Below, in pieces: positions 34,222 to 36,986 of a stretch of DNA of 36,986 nt. Every line of letters begins with the position of its first letter. Position 1 is the stretch's first letter. The translations under genes were made by a program, and so were the position numbers. The DNA is from Catajapyx aquilonaris (lineage: Eukaryota), in NCBI GenBank assembly GCA_000934665.2, contig KZ539001.1, positions 1-36,986 on the forward strand, in the 5' to 3' direction. The notes beneath the pieces are model-generated. The model had not been told where the DNA came from. It searched no databases and saw only the letters and a list, made by a program, of their open reading frames with translations.

Positions 34222-35112
34222 GTGACCATTCATTTTAACTGGATCTACTCACCCCCACCCCCCAGCACGGTGTGGGACGACGACCTTCCAACAATGAGTG
34301 GTACACTGGTAGGAAAGGAACTGAAGTCCCAAATGGTTAAAATTCAATCAAAATCATTGGCACAATTTATGAAAAAAGATATCACCTCGCAGGGGGAACT
34401 TTGCTGAAAGAAAAAGAGTCTGCAGGTGAAGGTCTGCTTTACAAAGCGATGGAAATGATTGTGTCCTCACACCAATTTTCAACAATGAGATTTCCCCACC
34501 CCTTCTTTTTCCTGCACTATATTTTTCGAGGCCATTTTGGTGAACTTCCATTTCACAATTCATGGAACTCAAAAATCAAGTCTTCCAGACAAAATATGGC
34601 AAACAGTTTTGAAATCCGTGTAAAATATTCGTGAGAAAACACATGATCGGATCAATATTATAAAGAAGTTAAATTTAGTTGGCCAGTGTTATTGTTGTTT
34701 TTCGTTGTTATTACCACCATCCTTATCCTCGTCATTATCAATGTGACACTTCCAAAGAATATGGTAAGTGAAGAATTAGAGAGCTTCTGCTCTTCACTTA
34801 CCGATTACTTCAGGACACTAATATTAAATAATTGCATGGGAATGATTTGGAAATAGATACATGTCAATACATAAAATATGAGAAATCAATATCACAATTG
34901 CAATTTTGTAAGGAAAAAAAGGCGAAGTTGTCAAAATGGATTTTTTTCCAGTCGACTTCATCTAGCAGTAAATGTCAATACTTGCCCGAGTGGAATAAAA
35001 GTCAACAAGCTCTCTACCAGTCCTTAATTGGTTTATTTGCCGTCCGCATATTACCCCTCCTTCCCCAATGTGACCATCACAATGCAGCTGTTTCTTGTGT
35101 TAAACACCGAAA

Positions 35113-35592
35113 TCACTTTATCTCTTGTGTGTGTGTTCTCTCGTGGTATTTCAAACTTGCTATGGTAACAAACATTTTACTGCATATGTAGCAACGATGT
35201 GTTCTCATGTGTGAATTGAAATTTAGTATCCTACTAAATTTCTTCTGGCAAACCTGGCAGCTGAATGGCTTCTCTCCTGTATGAACCATCATATGTTTGT
35301 TCAAAATATCTAATCGACTAAACTTTGTCTTGCAAACCTCGCAACTGAAATATGTCATGTTTCCTGTGTTGGTCGTCGTGTGTTTATTCGAAGATGATGG
35401 GTGACTAAACTTTCTACTGGAAACCTGGCAGTTGAATGGCTTGTCGTTGGAATGAATTCTCATGTGACTCTTCAACTCATTCCAAGAACTAAATGTCATC
35501 TTGCAAATTTGACAACCATTCCCCTCCGAGTGTCTCCCTTTGTCCATGTCTTGCTGGATTCCATTCTTCGAGTTCTCTTCAGCACCTTCTCC
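35113..35592 (-). CDS. ZF5 terminal exon, four intact + one degenerate C2H2 unit
   Basis: Acceptor TTTCAG|GGAGAA at 35593; open to TGA at 35113; first three units near-identical to ZF2. Confidence 0.85.
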   Translation of the reverse strand, partial: GEGAEENSKNGIQQDMDKGRHSEGNGCQICKMTFSSWNELKSHMRIHSNDKPFNCQVSSRKFSHPSSSNKHTTTNTGNMTYFSCEVCKTKFSRLDILNKHMMVHTGEKPFSCQVCQKKFSRILNFNSHMRTHRCYICSKMFVTIASLKYHERTHTQEIK

Positions 35593-36172
35593 CTGAAATT
35601 GGTAAGAGCGACCTAATTAAATTCGTGATATTAAGGCGGGCTTAATTAAGGGAGAATGTTGGGGCTATTTTTGCGACGGAGTGAGCCAAGGAACGTTATT
35701 GTGGCTTTGCCAAGCGCCAACCTAAGCTGCTGGCCCTAACAAGTGTTTATATTCTTAAACCAGCAGTAAGCATAACAATCATGCACCGCAACAAATCGGA
35801 ATGTGCAGAGACAAACGGGCAAACATACTCAAAGCGATTATTCTGCCTGCCCAATTGTGGTAGCACAATATATTAGGCTACTGATAAATACTTACGGGGA
35901 GCTATAATTTTTTTAAATTGAACTAGTCCATCTGTACCATCGCCATTAAACAAAAACGTTTGGAATGTTATTGTCACCTTTTCTGAAAACTCGAAAAAAA
36001 TGTATTGCAGAATTCCTAGCTTGATTTTACAAATCAAGAAACTGATATCTATTATTAGAAACAACTTGAGCTAAAATGAACATGCAATGAAATGGAGTCG
36101 ATGCATAAGCTGGTAAAACTGCTGCTTTTTACACGAATTTTTGCATGTGAAGATGTGCACTCTGGTTCTCAC

Positions 36173-36289
36173 CTGGTTTTGCCTGGCTGTGTCTCCACTT
36201 TCATCGTCTGCCTCCTCATCCTCCTCCTCCTCCTCCTCCTCCTCCCTGGCTTGACCAGTGTCGTTACCGAGGGGGTAACCACCACTCGG
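36173..36289 (-). CDS. ZF5 putative mini-exon 3 (39 aa)
   Basis: TTTACAG| ... CAG|GTGAGA, 117 nt. Confidence 0.6.
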
Positions 36290-36367
36290 CTGTAAAGTGT
36301 AAAACTGCTGCTTTTTACCCCACTTTTGGCATGTGAACAGCCATGTCAATATAATGCTGCTCCTCAC

Positions 36368-36463
36368 CTGGTTTTGCAGGTCTGTGTCTCCACTTCCATC
36401 GTCTGCCTCCTCTTCCCTGGATGGACCAGTATCATTATCAACGAGGGGGTAATCATCATTCGG
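36368..36463 (-). CDS. ZF5 putative mini-exon 2 (32 aa)
   Basis: TTTACAG| ... CAG|GTGAGG, 96 nt; 78-nt spacers on both sides. Confidence 0.6.
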
Positions 36464-36541
36464 CTGTAAAGTGTAAAACTGCTGGTTGTCACACCACTTT
36501 TGGTATATGAGCAGTCGGGTCAAAATAATGCTGCTTCTCAC

Positions 36542-36877
36542 CTGGTTTTGCCTGGCTGTGTCTCCACTTCCATCGTCTGCCTCCTCCTCCTCCCTGGCTG
36601 GACCAGTGTCATTACCACTCGGCTGCATAGTGTACACTGGGGTTACACATTCAAGGGGTACCAGGCAGTACATAGGGGGTACCAGGGGATGCCATGTTGC
36701 ACCACAAGGAAGTACCAGTGCAGATCCACACTGGAGAACAGGAGGGGTTGCCCCCTCGTTGGTCATTCCGTTCCTGCCTTCCTGGCCAGGAGTTGCTCTG
36801 CTGCTATTCTCCCAGGGCCTCCACTTCACTCGATCTGCTGACCTCGAGGACACCACCTCGTCTTCTCCCCCAAACAT
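36542..36877 (-). CDS. ZF5 first coding exon (start uncertain; frame open to window edge)
   Basis: ATGs at 36877 and 36766 (MTNEGATPPVLQC...); donor CAG|GTGAGA at 36541. Confidence 0.6.
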
Positions 36878-36986
36878 CCTTTGCTCTCCACCTTGCCCTC
36901 CCCCTTGACCTCTGTTCCACCTGGGGTGTGTGCCAGCATCAGATGAACCTTCCTGTTGATGACCCAGTCGGTGCAGTGGGCGCACC

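Noticed and set aside
36071..36985. 304-aa ORF as an intronless gene
   Set aside because: It contains three consensus donors in phase with the finger exon. Read-through of the 78-nt spacers is possible, but termination at 36071 is intron run-on.

Overview
This is a eukaryotic, TE-rich window, probably arthropod (inferred from gene and TE types, not proven). Its backbone is a tandem, minus-strand cluster of five paralogous C2H2 zinc-finger genes (here called ZF1-ZF5) plus one orphan 5' fragment. Each gene has an acidic N-terminal exon ending in ...Q(N/D)Q|GT, spliced in phase 0 to a terminal exon of 2-10 fingers. ZF1's finger exon appears to lie left of the window. Between and inside the genes are at least three tRNA-derived SINE families, a decayed LINE, hAT, pogo, CACTA-like, piggyBac-like, Sola-like and Helitron-like remnants, and several foldback elements. 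Most notable, the N-terminal coding segment of ZF1/2/3/5 appears to be an exonised TIR transposon. A free relative with TIRs and a perfect 8-bp TSD sits at 815-3293, and ZF4 lacks the insert and keeps the likely ancestral finger+KVEPEE N-terminus. The 3' part of that exon was then tandem-duplicated into putative new mini-exons that use a TE-derived TTTACAG acceptor. All gene models are predicted from sequence only.
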